Shown piece after piece: positions 38,397-52,302 of a stretch of DNA of 64,000 nucleotides. Position 1 is the stretch's first letter. Each line of letters starts with the position of its first letter. The notes beneath the pieces were generated by a model. The model made no database searches. It saw only the letters and a program-made list of their open reading frames with translations, and had not been told where the DNA came from. Source of the stretch: Haliotis cracherodii (taxonomy: Eukaryota); the NCBI RefSeq assembly GCF_022045235.1, contig NW_027266270.1, forward strand, positions 20,398,001 through 20,462,000, given 5' to 3'. The position numbers and the translations under genes are program-made.

Positions 38397-41114
38397 TGAA
38401 GCAGAATCTGTGTCTGAAGCAGAATCTGTCGTATCTAACAAGCTGTCTACTTGATACAGTTATTTCATCACAGCTCCTCACTGCTAACTGTTCTTGGTGC
38501 TGAATGACACATGGGCAGCATCTGGCCAAGACTGCTACTTGCCCAGCAAGCTGTAAATCCAGTGAGGATACTCTGTCGGTGTCAATGACCCTCACAACAG
38601 ATACACAAGTGGCCCTACTGAGACCACTGATTATTTTACTGATAGTCATTAAATGAAGTCTCACTAAACACTGACCAAGAAACCTGGCCTCAGTGGTCAC
38701 CAGATATTGACCATCTCCACATCAAGCCATTAATACTAGGATCCCGGAAAGGGCACCTGTTGAGCCACAGCTTGACCATGTTCTGATTAGTTGAACAGTG
38801 CTTCCCTTTGGGGAGTCCCTGCGGATAAACACTCAATGCTGCAAGTGTTCATTTTCACAGTAGCTTTATGGCATATGGAAAGGGCATAAATCAGTATTAA
38901 ACTGTGAGAGCTATACTTACATGGGCTAAGGGGAAGGCTCATGAGATCATATGAGTTATTGGGTGCCATTAACTTTTTACCTACACTTATTGATAACCAT
39001 TGTTTTCACTTTATGGATTGTTATCAATTTACACAGGCATTGAAAATCATGCTTGTATTTGTTTTAGCCCTTAAATGTTTGAATACATTCCCTTCTTTCC
39101 AATATTTATTGGTATTCCTCACATAGAGGACTAGGCTTCAATGGTAAGTTTAGGATCAGGAAGATTTTAACCGTATGTTGCTTGAAGTAGTAAAATGAAA
39201 CCAAATCAGCAAATATGACCACTAAGAAGGTCTGTTTTATGTTGTGCATTCTTAGATATTCATTGCCAAACAACAAAAGTATGGTTAAAACGTGAACATT
39301 TTGAAGATTTCTTCTGTCATAAAACAATGGAATTGTCCAGTGTAATGAAAAAGAAGCAGACTGGATAATCAGCAATACAAATACAACACAGTCTGGTTAA
39401 CACGATCAGTGAATTCGTTAGTAAGTTGGATTGTTTCATGTCGGTTATTGGGCGCCATACATTATGTTCATTGATTTCACAAACTTCATCAAAGCAGCTC
39501 TTATATGATGATATACATGCAAATGGCATAAATGAGGATCATTCTGATTAGTCAAAGCAGTTAGATGACTTTTTTCAAAATGTTAACCATGTGGTACTAG
39601 AGTCCTATTCTACCCTGGAATACATACAGGGGCCAAACATGGACCTAATCTACCAGGAAGACACAAAACGAATGCATACAATAAGATCACCATAGGAATG
39701 CCAGATACATTTCCCAACGTGACAGAACTTGACACATATTGCAGTGACAAAACACGTATCAGGTTCATTCTATCAATGGAGCAGATTGATCTCAATTCAA
39801 AGCGATCTTATCGATGTCGTGACATATTGGCCGAGTCACAGGTGCCTAGCATGGCAGGAGATGGCCCTGGGCAACCCTTCCGTGTGGTGATTGGCCACTT
39901 GGCCTGCATGGCCAGACTCCTAACAGCTTGTAATGAATGGATGGATGGCCCTACGGGAGTGACGCCGCCACCTATCAACTCAATCCAATAGCCACTAATA
40001 CAGGGAAGAGAGGGGTGCCAGCATGGAGAGGGAATTACAAAGAACTGTTAACTCTACCTTGTTCAAACTGAAACCCACCTCACATTACCCTGGGACAGGG
40101 ACAGTGAACACACACTCCTTAACAGGACAAGTCTGCCTTCCATCTAATATAGTTTTTGCCCTCACTATTTCTTGTTCGATTCAAAAGCCAATATACTGAT
40201 GGAAAGAAATAACGGAGCAGCTACTTTGGGGAGCAGATTTTGTAGAAGGGAGTAAGTGATTTTACTATATCACCACAATGGATAGTCCTTCAGTAATATA
40301 ACAGCGTCAGCTTACTGTGGCAGGAAAGGCGGCAGAGATGCAGATCTTAGACATTTAATATTCGTGAAACCCACACGCAAGGGAATGGTGCTGACAAGCT
40401 GAAAAACATGACTGGTCGAATCTGGGATTTCAGCCCATGATCAAAGGTTTATTGCACAGCTAACTGATGTGAACAGTAGTGCCTAAGAAGACGAGCACAA
40501 CCTTGTCCCCTGATATGCATGAATTGTTGTATATACCCGATAAACGATGATAACCAGGAAGGATGTCCTCATATCCATCACTAAGCAAAAATGGCTTATG
40601 TCGCCATTAACCATGTCAGCAAATCCTCACTCGTAACATTTTACGTTTCACAAAAAGATCATATTTTGGATTTACTTCAATTGAAAGAAAATGCTTACAG
40701 AATTTGAAATTCATCTCCATTTATTTTGAAGAATAACTGGATGTAACTCTGAACCATCCTGGCCAAACTTCTTACTATCAACGATATTATCTGTCACAAC
40801 GCTCAGTGTGATGAGTAAAGTGAACCTCAAAAGACAAAACCTACCACTGTTAGTATCTAACATCAGCAACAATACACCTGACATTTCACTGCGAGATGAC
40901 ACGAGATACAACATTGCCAATATTTGCTTATTTGATTGTGATCCGACTCCACAGTAGCTGAGATGAACCTACCTTGACATTAAGGCTGTGCCATTTCACT
41001 TATACCAACTTGACAAGGGAGTCTCAAAATAGATTACAATGTCCAAAATGTCAGCAAATTTCAATTTTCATTCATGCCGAGGGACCATTAAAGAAAGTAC
41101 TTATTCGCTGATTC

Positions 41115-41335
41115 ATGCTGCACTCAGCAATATCCCAGCCATACAACAGCAGCCTGTTACAAAATAGTCTGGACCAGACAATCAAGTGATTGATATTATG
41201 AGCAACGATCCACACCATCAAGGTCGATGACACGCAGTCAACGAAGTAGCCGACACTGACCACCCTATCCATTGAGTCACCTTTGTACAATGAACAGATT
41301 GCTGGGGACCATTTAAGCAAGAATCACCATGGGTT
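41115..41335 (-). mobile_element. SINE family B, degenerate
   Basis: gcactcagcaatatcccagc...gtctggaccagacaatcaagtgat. Confidence 0.75.
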
Positions 41336-41614
41336 GGTTAACTACTTGCACACATGGAATTGTTTGCTTGACTGTACTAAATACTTGTCAGGGGTGAATG
41401 CTCCCAGATCCATCGCGACGGCAATGTAGCGTTAACTTCCTGGTTTCACGTCAGTTAGTATGGAATTGGACCGCTCCTGCACTTATTAACTTTGATCACA
41501 TAGTCATCTCAACCACTACCATTTCTTTGATGTTCTAGTCATTGTATTTAACCACCATTCCTTAACCAAGCAATGTTCCATCAGGATCGGAAAATTAGTT
41601 CATGGTGGGGTTTC

Positions 41615-41854
41615 TGTTTGTTGTTTAAAGTCGCACTCAACAATATTCCAGCTATATAGGGTGGCGGTCTGTAAATAATGGAGTCTGGACCAGACAATCC
41701 AGTGATTAATATCATGAGCATCGATCCACCCGGTTTGGGATACGATGACATACATCAACCATGTCAGCGAGCCTGACCACACGATCCTGTTAGTCGCCTC
41801 TTACGACAAGCATAGTTGCCTTTAACAGCAAGCATGGGTTGCTGAAGAACTATT
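41615..41854 (-). mobile_element. SINE family B
   Basis: Near-full alignment, including the duplicated hairpin. Confidence 0.9.
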
Positions 41855-44800
41855 GAAAAGGTACAATCATGTTCTGGAAACATTTTCAACTTTTTTCAAT
41901 AAATAGTGCCATAAGGTATGATTTTACCTATTTGACAAAAACATGTTCCAAAAGATACATCTAAGGATTTGTTGTACTGATAGGTTTTGACACAGACAGA
42001 GAGCAAAGATTACAGGGGTCAAATCTAAACAAAAAATCTCACATCTCTGCTCAAGCCAAACTATCAGGGGTTCTTACAAAGAAATTGAGAATAAGGTCCC
42101 TCAGATAAGGTAGCATGACCTTACAGATTAATAAATTTAAAAGAATTAGTTTATTTTTTGGCTATTAGTTTTAATTTTTTTACACTTATGACAATATGGC
42201 CAAAACAAATTAAGTTGCATTTTTGAAATCTAGTATTTTAATTCAGGCACTTGACAGTCGTTTAACTTGTAGGTTGACAAGCTGGAACCAAAATATCTTG
42301 ATCTTAAGTTTGCCTTGATATCATCAAAAAGAAAACATAAATGTCAGCTTGTCAAAAATAATCAAATAAGGTGGGTGATCATCATGACAAGAACGGATAT
42401 AATGCCTTTGTACACCTCTCTTTGAATGCCAACATTGTCCAACACTTCTACAAGAAGGAGGACATTGTGCAACACTTCCTACAAGGAGGACAACGTTGTG
42501 CAACATTTGCTGCACAGGTCATAACACTGGTGTGAGGGTGGAGGTATTACACAACTCTGCTGACCTGGATAGTGACTCACTCACAGTACAGAATGAAGGA
42601 TGTACGCCCAGACACTTGTCTCCAGCGAGTGGGAGGCCGGCATGACAGGTAGAACGCATATTGATGAGTCTGGGGGAAGCCAGCGGAGCTGACATCAGCC
42701 ATATGTACGGACTGTACAGCCATGTGGTAAGACAGCGAGGCGGTCATGTGTGGGGAGAGATGACAGTGAATGAAATATTCATCTTTATTGCAAAAGACGA
42801 ACATATTGCTGATGTAGATGACCTTGACATAATCTGTCCACACAACTTTAAGATGGAATCATGTTTAGGGTTGGAAATATTTGACAGGGATAGAAATCCT
42901 GTGCACGTTTGCATATCAAAAACAGTATTCTGCGCAAAGTAAATGGATTGAGCTGCAATGCATACATAAGTAACTACTGGGCAGGGGATACGGGCGGCAG
43001 TCTTTCCATTATCGCCATCTGACAAATCATTTTCTGTGACTGTTTCATGTTTACAGGATAGAATATATGTACAAAAACAAGATAATCTATATCCTGAATT
43101 GCTAAAAGAATCAACAATGATCTACGAGGGGGGATTTCATTGAGAATAGCAACATGTTGGCACTTCAGTGTAATTGACTCTAAACTTACCTCCAGTTGGT
43201 AATGAAAGCTCATCACTACTTTCAACACCACTGTAGAGTTTTCATTGATTTAAGACATACATGTATGTACATGGATCTTAGCATGACAAGCGCGTTGCTA
43301 ACATGGCCACATGGACAAGACAGTCGACATACTGTATTATTGATCAACACACATCATCAACAGTTAGGTGAGGATCTACGAAGATGGTTGTCTAGGAATG
43401 ACTGATCAGTTTCACATGGCTGATTGGGGATTTCCAAGATTGGCGACGGTCTTGTTACAATCAATTCTCAGGTAGATGTCTTGTATATCTGTGTCAGGGA
43501 GTGTATCTGACTCATGAGGCGGTGGAGAATGGCATTCTTTAGAAAGTTCTGGGTGGTGGTGTGGACACGTAGTATGGGTTTTCTGACATTGGGGGTGTAG
43601 TCTGAGGGTGGAAACACAGAAGATGACTGTCATATTTTCCATGTTTGCATTGTACACCCCTGTCACTGAGTGTATATGCGTCACAGGGTGGAGGAGGTAC
43701 CCCTAATTGATCATTTGTATCCAGGGTTTTCCATCAGTGGGGGTGGCATGACTCGATCTGTGGGCAGATTCCACTGCTAGGGCCCTAGTTTTCCTAACAT
43801 TTGTAAGTTTGTTGGGGATGAAATGGACCATGCCTTTCTCTAGCTGGATGGTATGTACATTGCATCCTATATTGTCTTCTGACATGTCTTGATTGTATAT
43901 TTGACACATTCGTCACCACTCGCCCCTTTCCGTAACTTGCAAGAAGACTTGTCCCCCTATCGATGAATGTTATGTGCGAAAATACAACAAACCAATCAGA
44001 ATGCGCGTATGATTTAAAGTACTTCATCAAAGAATCCCTCACAAATAATTTTTGATTTTACATATGTCTTGCATCTAAAAATATACCAAAGACACAATTA
44101 AATGTGTTCAGTCATACTGTATAATTCCGCACGTCCCGATGTGCTTTAAATTGCATCTGAAATATATAAAATATATGGGGAAATATATTTGAACCATTAC
44201 GCTACGAAATGACAACTGTTTTAGGTATGCCCGTTTGCGCTAAGACGGAACCCGGTCACAAAAATGGCCACGAGAGAGGCACGAGACGCTATTCCGCTTG
44301 TCCCGGAATTACACGAGTTGGTCACGAATGATCTTTGACAGTGTTCAAATTAAGCGGAGTCTGCTCCTTGAGGTGTGCTCCTATGTTATTCTAATCTAAG
44401 GACCCTAAATCTTTACCTATATATGTGGTCACATGTCCTTCATGACACGGGCTATAAGGGATATGACAACGACCCCATGATTTACATGATTCACTTCGAA
44501 AACAAAAAATTCACTGCAAACAGTTATTCGTTTTGCTGGCGGTATTGTCATAATAACATCCGTGTAAGGCGTATTACTATAAGGGTGCCAAATTGGTTAA
44601 TCACAATTCAAATACATCATGCAAAGAAGTTACGAGCTGCCATATTCTCGCATATTACTTCAGTTAACATGCCATGATAGATTAACTCGAGTGATATGGA
44701 AGAATCGGGTGAGAATCACTCAAAGATCTGAGAATCATGTGGTTCTTAACTTCTTTTGATGTAATAGAAGTTTCTTATGTGATAATACATGGTCTTTATA

Positions 44801-44897
44801 GATGTGTTTTCATTATCTGGGTCATCTGTGTGATTATTCCTGGCTGATGTTAAATCACACGTCAAAACGCTTTTCATTACCAGAAGACATTTTCACA

Positions 44898-45118
44898 TGT
44901 TTACGCCGCACTCAACAATATTCCAGCTATATGACTGTGGTCTGTAAATAATTGAGTCTGGGCCAGACAATCCAGTAATTGACATCTTGAGCATCGAACC
45001 ACTCAATTGGGATATGATGATACGTAATCAACCAAGTCAGCTAGTCTGACCATTCGATCCCTTTAGTCGCCTGTGATGACAGGCCTAGGTTGCTGGGGAC
45101 CTATATTCTTGCCAGGAA
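44898..45118 (-). mobile_element. SINE family B
   Basis: Full-length alignment, moderately diverged. Confidence 0.85.
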
Positions 45119-45809
45119 TTTCCACCAGTCCATTGACCCCTGAACAGCCCCAACATCTGAGTTTGCTTCATGGCATGGTGCCCTGTCACGGTTTTAGCAG
45201 GGTAGTTACTTGTTATTCAAGACATTGTCTCTTGTGCAATTAGCTTCATCATTAACTGTTAGACTTAATTACTGCAACATGGCCGATGACTTAGTACACC
45301 CTAAAACTCTCCTGAAAATACACTAGGCCAGACATAGTTAAGGCTGAATTCTCCCGCAAAAGTCAATCTTGCTGAAAAGGAATTTCCACCTTACATGTTG
45401 GATCATTTCAGAGACTCATTGAAAACCTACACTGCTGCCATGCAGGATTAACAAAAGAACAAGTTTCTTTTTTAACAAAATTATATAATGTTAGCGAACA
45501 TTTGAATGAACTGCAATGTGAAAGCTTTCACGTGAATTTTGTATGCTGTACAAATGTAAAGATTAAAAAACGTTAAGGAACCCCAGGTTCTTTCATATTA
45601 CTCTTGTTAATCTGTAACGGCATTGCATTAACTACAGTTTTATGAAAGAATAATGTGATTCTTAACATTTTTTGTAGTCATGAATAAGTAACCATGGTAA
45701 CATGAAAAAAATGGGTGTTCCTCAACTTTTGATTCAGGCATGACAGATTAACCTCACTAAAATGAAAGAATTGATAGTCCTTAACAATTTTTGATGCATG
45801 ACAGTGAAC

Positions 45810-45955
45810 GAGTGAGTGTGTTTTGTTTTACTCTCCTTTTAGCAATATTCCAGCGGTATCGCGGTGGGGGACACCAGCAATGGGCTTCACATATTGTAGT
45901 TAAGTGGGGAATTGAACCAAGGGGAATCGAACCCAGGTCTACTGCTACCCCACTG
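45810..45955 (-). mobile_element. SINE family A, degenerate
   Basis: gcaatattccagc..ggggacaccag..gggcttcac..atcgaaccc. Confidence 0.8.
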
Positions 45956-48176
45956 CCCCTGATGCATGTCAGATTAGCCTTAGTAATATGAAAGAATTGG
46001 CTGGCCTTTAACTTCGAGCAGTCAACATCCATCTGTCCGATACCAATAGACACACAAACTCGGTACATTGTTACAAAGACCCGAGTGTGAAACAATGATT
46101 ACATGATTACACTATCATCACAAACAGCAGCTTCATCTATCATTCATTACACGCACACACAAGATCCAACGAACATCGTCATCATCAGCAGGAAGCCCAA
46201 GGGAAGATAGGGCAGCACATCTCAGTTGAAAAGCCCCATTGAGGACAAGTATCAATATTTAAGTGCACTCTGTAAAGTCTATTGATACCCACATTACATT
46301 GGTACGCAACGCCCACCTGCCTGTCTCTCACATTCAGATCCATCACTTAAGTCTAAATTATTCCTGCTCTAAATAACAAGATGTGTTTTCATGAACAGAC
46401 CATGTGTCATTTTGATGAAATTGGTTACTTTCAGTGATGTTTTCAGTGATGTTTTTATAGTCATACGAATGAGGTCTAAATAGATTCACTCGAGTGTAGG
46501 CCAAATGTGTGGTAAATTAATTAAGGAATTAAACCATAAGTTGTATTCATCACACAGCCAGCCTAAACAAGTCTTTTAAAGAATAGGAGCAAAAACATGT
46601 CAGGGTGTATATCAAGGCTGAATGCAAGGCTGCCATGAACAACGATATTTAACTTATCGGAACACTTTTTAATCTAACTTGACATATAGAGATATTTCTT
46701 TTCAAAATTTCTTAAAATGATCTTTCATATTTTCCTCATTCACCAAGGTCTTTGTGCACTTTTACAACGCAATCTCAGAGCGACGACGATCATAACTCGC
46801 ACATGTTAACACAGACGTTAGGTAATCGGAAAGCTAAGACTTAAGCTTTGTGTAAGTGGGTCAAGATCGATGTATGGTTTCGCCATAAAGTACTGTGCTC
46901 ATTTGATCACATACTGGTGTTGCCTGGATCAAACAGACAAATGGCTGTGTCCGGGGAGGAATGCAGCTTCTCTGTTTGCTTTGAATATACAATCTAAAAT
47001 ACTGTTGCAATGCAATAACTGTGAAATATATAAGTGAACAGTAATTCAGTTACTTAAGAATTGATTTCAATATTTTTGAGTTATAAATGTAAAACCAAAG
47101 AGCATACTGTATATATCCTGTATAAACTTAAGCAAAGTGAAACCAGACGTTCAACAGCTGAGACCCAGAAATCGTCATCTTATCAAAAAATATATATAAA
47201 GAAAAAAATACAAATGAGCCCAGAACAATGATTAAATTCAGCTGAGACAATCTAGACTTGCCAAATCATTCTGGTTGAGTTGGATTAATATTTTAATGTA
47301 TTCTCTAGGGTCTGGTGTTGACATATGAAATATGGATCATAAAACAATGTAGAATTGTGTTCCCACTGTGACATCATCATCCACAATGTCCAATCGATTC
47401 CCAAACTGCTCAGCAGATACAGCAACAGACCTATTCTGCCTGGGACTCCTCATGGTGTTAAAAGGGTAGGTTAAAGAACTCTACCAGATGACTGTACATA
47501 GATGTGACAGATTATATTCATGAAGCTGATAATCTGTTGTTGATACTGAACCATTTCTCCATGACTGTGTACATGAATACACTGAAGAACCAAACTCACA
47601 GCTTCATCTTCAACCCAAGTTATTCATTGCCTTCCCTGAGGAACTTACTTTACTTCACATAAATCTAAATAAGGACAATCTCCATTATAATGGCCCTATC
47701 ACAAATGACCCATAAGCAGCATGGGATAGTCAGCTGATTGGCAGTCTGCCACATGGTGAGATCTGATCTGATATGATCCTCAATGGAGTGGTGCTAGCTC
47801 CCCGAGAACTGCACCCACCACATGTTATGCAGAAAGTGTCATTGATACACTTTTGTTTTCTTCTGCATAGACTTTGTTCATGTTTAAACTTACCTTATGA
47901 CGCCATCTCTTATTGCAGCGTATCACATCCAAAACAAAAGGATTTCATCTGGTCACTTCAGAAGAAGGCACAGAGGCAGTGAAAATATTAGATAATAATA
48001 TTGAAACAAAAGTTACTTTTGTAGGACCTTGAGTTCCATAAATGAATGCAGCAGAGAAAAATTAACATAACATTTTCTGCAGGATTTTGGTCAGATTGAG
48101 CTATTGGTTTGTAACTTGGGTCTAATATGCCTCGAGTCCTTCCTCTAACGGACACCAAATAAAAGCTTCCTCACCA

Positions 48177-48285
48177 GGGCCCCGTTCCACAAAGCAATCG
48201 TATCACTACCTCAGTCACAAGTCTATGTTGAAATATGGGAGTTACGACCAACTCAGTTCTTCAATCGCCTTGTGGAACAGAGCCT
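48177..48285. mobile_element. ~110-bp PIF/Harbinger-like MITE; relatives at 388-495, 6027-6141, 46745-46865, 48419-48530
   Basis: TIR ggccccgttccacaaag / cttgtggaacagagcc, with internal ttacga/tcgta motifs shared among copies. Confidence 0.65.
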
Positions 48286-49100
48286 GATCTGAGGCAATAG
48301 CAGCCATATACCAAATTACAAAACAGCTCCTTTTCCGACATTATGTAACTTCGCAGTGGTTTTTACAAACCTATTTTCTTGATTAATATCAGAGTTCAAC
48401 AAATATGTCTTACCAGGAAGCTGAACGTTGTACAAAGCGATCTTAGCGCTAAGGTGATCGTAACTCTCATACCTTAACATAGACTTACGACAGTCGTAGC
48501 GCTAAGGTTGTTCTGTACAACGGGCCACTGGTATACAAAATGAGACTGATCCTTAAATATTCCCAATGATTCTAAATTATTGTTCTGATGTTACTGGCAC
48601 TGCCTTGAGTTTCAGCGAATTTGTTGAACCCTGACTGGTGCTTATGCCTCCTAAGATCAGAGTTGTCACTGACTGGAAATTTAGGTATTGCTATAAATCA
48701 ACTCAATAGAATCCTGATGCAGTGATTAATAATGAAAAAGATCATTCTGTATGTGTAAAGATAAAAATTACCTATTGATAAAAATTCATTTCTGCCTTAT
48801 TATCATTGTCTCTATTTACCATGGGAATCTTGATAAATGGGAACGTTTCTGTGCCCGTGAATTATTAATTCAATATCGATATTTGTTAATTTGCATGATA
48901 CAGTATCAAACTCAGGAATTTAGGAACTTAGGAATTTATCAATATATTGATATTGGGGCTGTACACAGTATACATGTTTTTGCATAAAATAATGACAAAC
49001 GGGGAATCCTATTTCCTGTCCATCAACCGTCACAAATATATTGATGTCAGAACTCAAAGAATGACTATTTTATAAGACATGTTTCGCTTTGAAGAAATGA

Positions 49101-49460
49101 GTGGTGATGGTGAATGGGGTTTAACTTTGCATCCAAGATTATTGCACTTATATAGAGCGACGTGCATGTACGTGTGTGTGTGTTTGTGTGGCTGCTTGTA
49201 CTCGTCCGGACTGATGGCGATTTATAGTGCTAGCTCACTGATATACCATGCCGCAACTTTAACATGAAAACCCCACACAGACACAGTATACTGACTCCGA
49301 GCCGACCAGTCCTTGTTTTGGCCCCTTAATGCCGAGCGCCAGACAGGGTAACAACAAGTTCCATCTTTTATTGTCTTTTGGTATGACGCGGCCGGGGATC
49401 GAACCCCGGACCTTCCGCTCTCCAGGCGGACGCTCTACCACTAGACCATGGAGGCGGTCC
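49101..49460 (-). mobile_element. tRNA-headed SINE family C (Meta/MESC-core type), full length
   Basis: A and B boxes (TGGTCTAGTGG, GGTTCGATCCC). Core GTCATACCAAAAGAC...GCATTAAGGG...CAGTGAGCTAGCACTATAAA, which I recall as typical of mollusc MetaSINEs. TSD tgaagaaatga at 49090-49100 and 49461-49471. Confidence 0.88.
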
Positions 49461-49618
49461 TGAAGAAATGAAAAAACATCTGCATAAGTGTGACCCGACT
49501 GTTACTGTTGCACTAACAGCATGATGAGTGTGTGCCCCGGGAGTGTGGGGATAGTGTAGCTGTTCCAGGAGCTTTTTCAGGAGCTGTTTACGAGTTGGGG
49601 TAAGAAGGAAACACTTAC

Positions 49619-49677
49619 GATTCTTGCAATAAATAGAGTCTTGTAGGCTTCACCGGGTGCAGTGGAGGCTGGGTCCC
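49619..49677 (-). CDS. snRNP70: U1-70K internal coding exon ((W)DPASTAPGEAYKTLFIARI), RNP2 of the RRM
   Basis: tgctgtttcag|GGGACCCA...AGAATC|gtaagt, 59 nt. Homologous to human [22 protein letters not shown]. Confidence 0.96.
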
Positions 49678-49981
49678 CTGAAACAGCAAATATAACACTG
49701 TTACTCATGTTAATGCACAGTGTATATGGTTGGGAAGTGAGTGAGTTTGGGACAATACTTAAAACAGTATTCCAGTTATATCTAGGCGTGTCAGCTTGAT
49801 GTGAGAGGAAAGCCCAAAGTGATGCAGGACTTTGAACATTTTGATGCTGTTGAAACAAATGAATATGGTGCTGGTGCTCGAGCTGGAGCTGATAAACCTG
49901 GAAACAATCAGTGTGAACTGTGGTTCAGACCACTCTTGCTGCGCTTTAAATGATTGGACCACCAAGGTCCCCTGATGATGC

Positions 49982-50563
49982 CATACCATCCATAACGTCA
50001 TACCAGGGATGTAATGAGCTACCATCCATAATGTCATACCAGGGATGTATTGAGATACCATCCATAACGTCATACCATGGATGTATTGAGATACCATCCA
50101 TAATGTCATACCAGGGATGTAATGAGCTACAATCCATAACGTCATACCAGGGATGTAATGAGCTACCATCCATAATGTCATACCAGGGATGTAATGAGCT
50201 ACAATCAATAATGTCATACCAGGGATGTATTGAGATACCATCCATAACGTCATACCATGGATGTATTGAGATACCATCCATAATGTTATATCAGGGATGT
50301 AATGAGCTACCATCCATAATGTCATACCAGGGATGTAATGTGATACCATCCATAATGTCATACCAGGGATGTAATGAGCTACCATCCATAATGTCATACC
50401 AGGGATGTAAAGTGATACCATCCATAATGTCATACCAGGGATGTAATTTGATACCATCCATAACTTCATACCAGGGATTTAATGAGATACCATCCATAAC
50501 ATCAGACCAGGGATGTAATGAGCTACCATCCATAACATCAAACCAGGGATGTAATGAGATACA
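49982..50563. repeat. Minisatellite, 39-bp unit, ~15 copies
   Basis: taccatccataatgtcataccagggatgtaatgagc.. repeated; this explains the periodic ORFs on both strands. Confidence 0.97.
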
Positions 50564-51466
50564 TCACAGAAACTAAATATTTATGACTTTCACAATGCAC
50601 CTGAGTAGTTGTCAACAACATTAATACATGCTTCATACAACAGAAGTCCTTTCCAAATATCACCCATATCTTGGTAATGCATGAATGATCAATATATATC
50701 TTTCCGCGGCCTTGACAGTCATCTCCTGAATGTCAATGCAGGTCTCTAACATGTTTTGAAACCTAAACTATGGCTCAACCTAGTCATTGCTCGAATTAAT
50801 TCTAAAAAAATTTAGGAATGCACAAATTAAGCACCGATAATTAGTAACATGCTAAATATATTTTTTCATGTGAAAGAACCATAAGAAAGAAAACAATCGT
50901 GTATCAATTATACGCAGCTGTCTTAATATGTTAACATCAATTAAAGTCCAAATACAATCAAAATCAAACAAACAGTACTGATAAAAGTGTTCTACTGACT
51001 GAAATATTTCCTCACACGATTTAGAAGAGGAGAGGAGTGGGGATGGAAAGAGGGGAGTGGAGAACAAGGGGGAGAGAGGAGCAAGGAGTGGTTAAAGAAT
51101 ATTCTCCTTCCATTACCATAAGAAATTCCATATTCTATTTCCTACTGAGAGATTGTACCAAGTACAGAGATCAAACTTAAGTGCAGGAGCACAAGGTTTG
51201 GCAAACCCTTCAATAAAACAGATAAATAGATCGAGTTACTAACAGATAAATTTTAAATAGGTTTTACATGAATAATTTAGGTTGAAGTGTAGTAATCCTT
51301 TAATTTTTTTATCACTTAAATACAAATTTGGTGCAAATACATGTTTTCCCCCCTTTTAATATCAAAATAGCTTGTTTAAGAGTTGGATGAGATCAGAAAC
51401 TATCATGCCAAGGTATTTAAAGTGTATTTTAGGATACAGCCTAATGGTGACGGTCAGTCAGGATAT

Positions 51467-51731
51467 ATCTGTCTCTCCAATACGCTGAGGTCGAGACAAT
51501 TGTTACTTCTCCACCACACATAGCGTGCCAGAGACTTCCTTTTCCTGGGTTTTACTACACACAAGTTCATAACGACCAAGAATGTGAAAACCCCAGGGAC
51601 ATGCAATATCAAAGTTTATCATATAGATAGAGTAGCTGGACTCCAGTCCTGCCGGGAATAAACCTGATAGCCACACACTGGTAAATACACATTCACAATG
51701 CACAGCACTGTTAATTCAGCTTCTGTTATTA
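51467..51731 (-). ncRNA. Candidate intronic structured RNA (H/ACA snoRNA/scaRNA-like with 5' extension), copy 1
   Basis: Four hairpins supported by G.U pairs on the minus strand. H box AAAGGA at 51542-51537 and ACA at 51472-51470. Identical to copy 2. Confidence 0.55.
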
Positions 51732-52302
51732 CCAAGACTCATTACAGACCCTAATGGTATCCTTTCATCAACATTTGGTAAAAATGCTTTGAACTGATTA
51801 AGTATTTGTAACTGACTGGTTCATGTTTTTAAATGAGGAATTGGGACCACATTAATGAAAAAAATCATATACTACTCAAAAGAAGTTAAAGAACACCCAA
51901 TCTTTCATATTAGTATAGTAACTCTGTCATAAATCAAGTACTCATAATTTACTTTTTCCATTACCATAAGAAATCCGATGTTATATTTCCCTACCGAAAT
52001 GCTAGCCCCATCATGAAACAAGAGCAGTTTGGCAAACATTTCAGGAAAACAGATAAATACAATTCCGGTCCTGAAGAAATACAATTGGAGGTTTTGCAGT
52101 TTAAAAAAAAATTAGCTTAGAGAATAAGAAATCATTATTTTTGTCGCGCTTAAACACATACTGGGTGCAAAAACATGTTTTCCCCCTTCTTTTTATATGC
52201 AAATAGCTTGTTTAAGAGTTGGATAAGATCAGTAACTATCATGCCAAGGTATTTAAAGTGTATTTTAGTATAAGGCCTAATGGTGACGGTCAGCCAGGAT
52301 AT

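Larger units (their letters stand above)
585..49618 (-). other. snRNP70: snRNP70 intron, 49,034 bp, GT-AG
   Basis: Lies between two exons that encode consecutive U1-70K residues (...FIARI|NYDT...). Confidence 0.85.

Noticed and set aside
49759-50576. Long periodic ORFs (236 aa minus, 208 aa plus)
   Set aside because: By-products of a 39-bp (13-codon) minisatellite; open on both strands with no splice or domain evidence.
51503-51703. Identical 66-aa ORFs (also 52339-52539) as a duplicated microprotein
   Set aside because: Non-ATG start, identity extends beyond the ORF with no synonymous changes, weak splice signals; RNA structure explains it better.
51452-51771. C/D-box, 7SL, U2 or telomerase identity for the duplicated core (UGAUGA at 51769-51764, CUGA boxes, CTGGAGTCCAGCTACTC, GTGTAGTA)
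   Set aside because: No terminal stem, the U2-antisense stretch is mismatched and off the D+5 register, no SRP S-domain, no CUAACCCU template.
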